Source: a virus (taxonomy: Duplodnaviria > Caudoviricetes). From it: a DNA stretch of 24,540 nucleotides. Location: IMG/VR virus record IMGVR_UViG_3300012987_000005, positions 1 to 24,540 of that record. One strand, written 5' to 3'. Shown here piece by piece: positions 23,615 to 24,540 of this stretch. The notes beneath the pieces were generated by a model. The model saw only the letters and a program-made list of their open reading frames with translations. It was not told the origin of the DNA and ran no database searches. A program made the position numbers and the translations under genes. The first letter of the stretch is position 1; every line of letters starts with the position of its first letter.

Positions 23615-24540
23615 TTAGGCCTCCTGCAGGTGAATCAGACTCGTGATCGGCTTCTCGGGCGTTCCCCAGCCCTGGCCCTTTTCGCGCTCTGCCGCGGCCA
23701 AGAGCTGCGACTTGCGAGGCTCGCTCGCGGTTGCGGCTTTCGCGCGGAGCGCCGCGCGGTAGTCCTCGAGCCAGTGCCCCTCAGGGTAGGAAGCGTTCGG
23801 CCAAGCTCGGATGATTGGGAGCATTCCGGTTTCGTCGGCCAGTTTCAGCGCCGTGCCGGTGCCGAACTTGCCATCAGCGACGAGACCTCTGTTCTTCTGC
23901 CACGACACCAACGTGGGCTCTGGGATGCGTCGCCATTTCGGTGACTGCTCTTGCGCGAGCATCGCCGAGATGGTCGTCAACGTGTCGGCCGCGATGTTCG
24001 TCGGCTGCGACGGGTTGCCCGGCTCTGCGACGATCGGCGGTACCGCGACGGGCGGCTCTGGCACCGAGGCGCCAGGCGTCGGCGCCGTGGGCACCCCATT
24101 CGGAGCAACCACCGGAGGCAGCTGCGTTGCCGGCGGCAGCGTTCCAGGTGGAACTTGCAACGGCGGTACCGGCGAGCCAGCCGCCGGCGTGAATACGCCC
24201 GTCGCTGGGTTGAACGTGCCAACGATCGTGCCGTTCGGACCGAACACGTTGCCCGTGGCAGGGTTGAAGGTGCCGATCCCCGGCAGCGTGATCGTGTTGC
24301 CGTTCGGGTCCGGAGTCACGCCAGGCAGAGGCACCGAGCCAGGCCCCACCCCGGTACCGGGATTGAACGAGCCGCCACCAGGCAGCGGGATCGGTTGCGT
24401 TACTGGCGGGGCGACCCCCGGAGGCGGCGAGCTCGCGCTCGGGCCGTCGTCGGTGTCGCCTGGCGATGGCAACGGCGGCACCATCACGACGCCGCCCGAG
24501 GGCGGCACCGGCACACTGCCCGGTTGCGGCGACGGCAGCG
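23615..24540 (-). CDS. 3' part of Pro/Gly/Thr-rich membrane protein with a C-terminal peptidoglycan-binding-like motif
   Basis: Pro-rich stalk with repeated G[ST]FNP[AG]TG; WQKNRGLVADGKFGTGTALKL resembles the PGBD motif (Q..GL..DG..G..T). Confidence 0.8.
   Translation of the reverse strand, partial: LPSPQPGSVPVPPSGGVVMVPPLPSPGDTDDGPSASSPPPGVAPPVTQPIPLPGGGSFNPGTGVGPGSVPLPGVTPDPNGNTITLPGIGTFNPATGNVFGPNGTIVGTFNPATGVFTPAAGSPVPPLQVPPGTLPPATQLPPVVAPNGVPTAPTPGASVPEPPVAVPPIVAEPGNPSQPTNIAADTLTTISAMLAQEQSPKWRRIPEPTLVSWQKNRGLVADGKFGTGTALKLADETGMLPIIRAWPNASYPEGHWLEDYRAALRAKAATASEPRKSQLLAAAEREKGQGWGTPEKPITSLIHLQEA
24418..24540. repeat. Terminal direct repeat, right copy
   Basis: Identical to 1-123; implies a circle of 24,417 bp. 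Confidence 0.97.

Larger units (their letters stand above)
1..24417. mobile_element. Complete circular rolling-circle virus-like genome (tailless phage or phage-plasmid)
   Basis: Circularity, HUH Rep plus origin, SSB, lysins, spike-like and membrane proteins, near-unidirectional compact gene layout, no housekeeping genes. Confidence 0.85.

Overview
The window is a complete circular replicon of about 24,417 bp: bases 1-123 repeat exactly at 24418-24540 and one gene reads through the junction. It is GC-rich and best read as a tailless, probably membrane-containing bacterial virus that replicates by rolling circle. All credible genes but one are on the minus strand, mostly coupled by ATGA/GTGA/TGATG overlaps. 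The structural/lysis arm runs from 1754 through the junction to about 13188. It encodes a candidate single-jelly-roll capsid protein, a transglutaminase-fold Cys-His-Asp enzyme, many membrane proteins, a histone-H1-like basic protein, a lytic transglycosylase, two CHAP peptidases and spike-like proteins including an SGNH esterase. The early arm (about 12985-2370) encodes an HUH Rep with a phiX174/pC194-type CTTG^ATA origin, SSB, a methyltransferase plus glycosyltransferase pair, a discoidin-domain membrane protein, a Fis-like HTH and many Cys-rich microproteins. I found no terminase, portal, tail, packaging ATPase, integrase or partition genes. Main novelties: an A9 slippery site that switches the transglycosylase between a membrane-anchored and a CHAP-fused form; a possible protease-maturation system with an adenovirus-protein-VI-like amphipathic protein; apparent decoy paralogs of Rep and of the capsid domain; and strong enrichment of GCTCGAGC. 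A Myxococcota host is inferred, not shown. All protein calls are by eye from motifs, without database searches.
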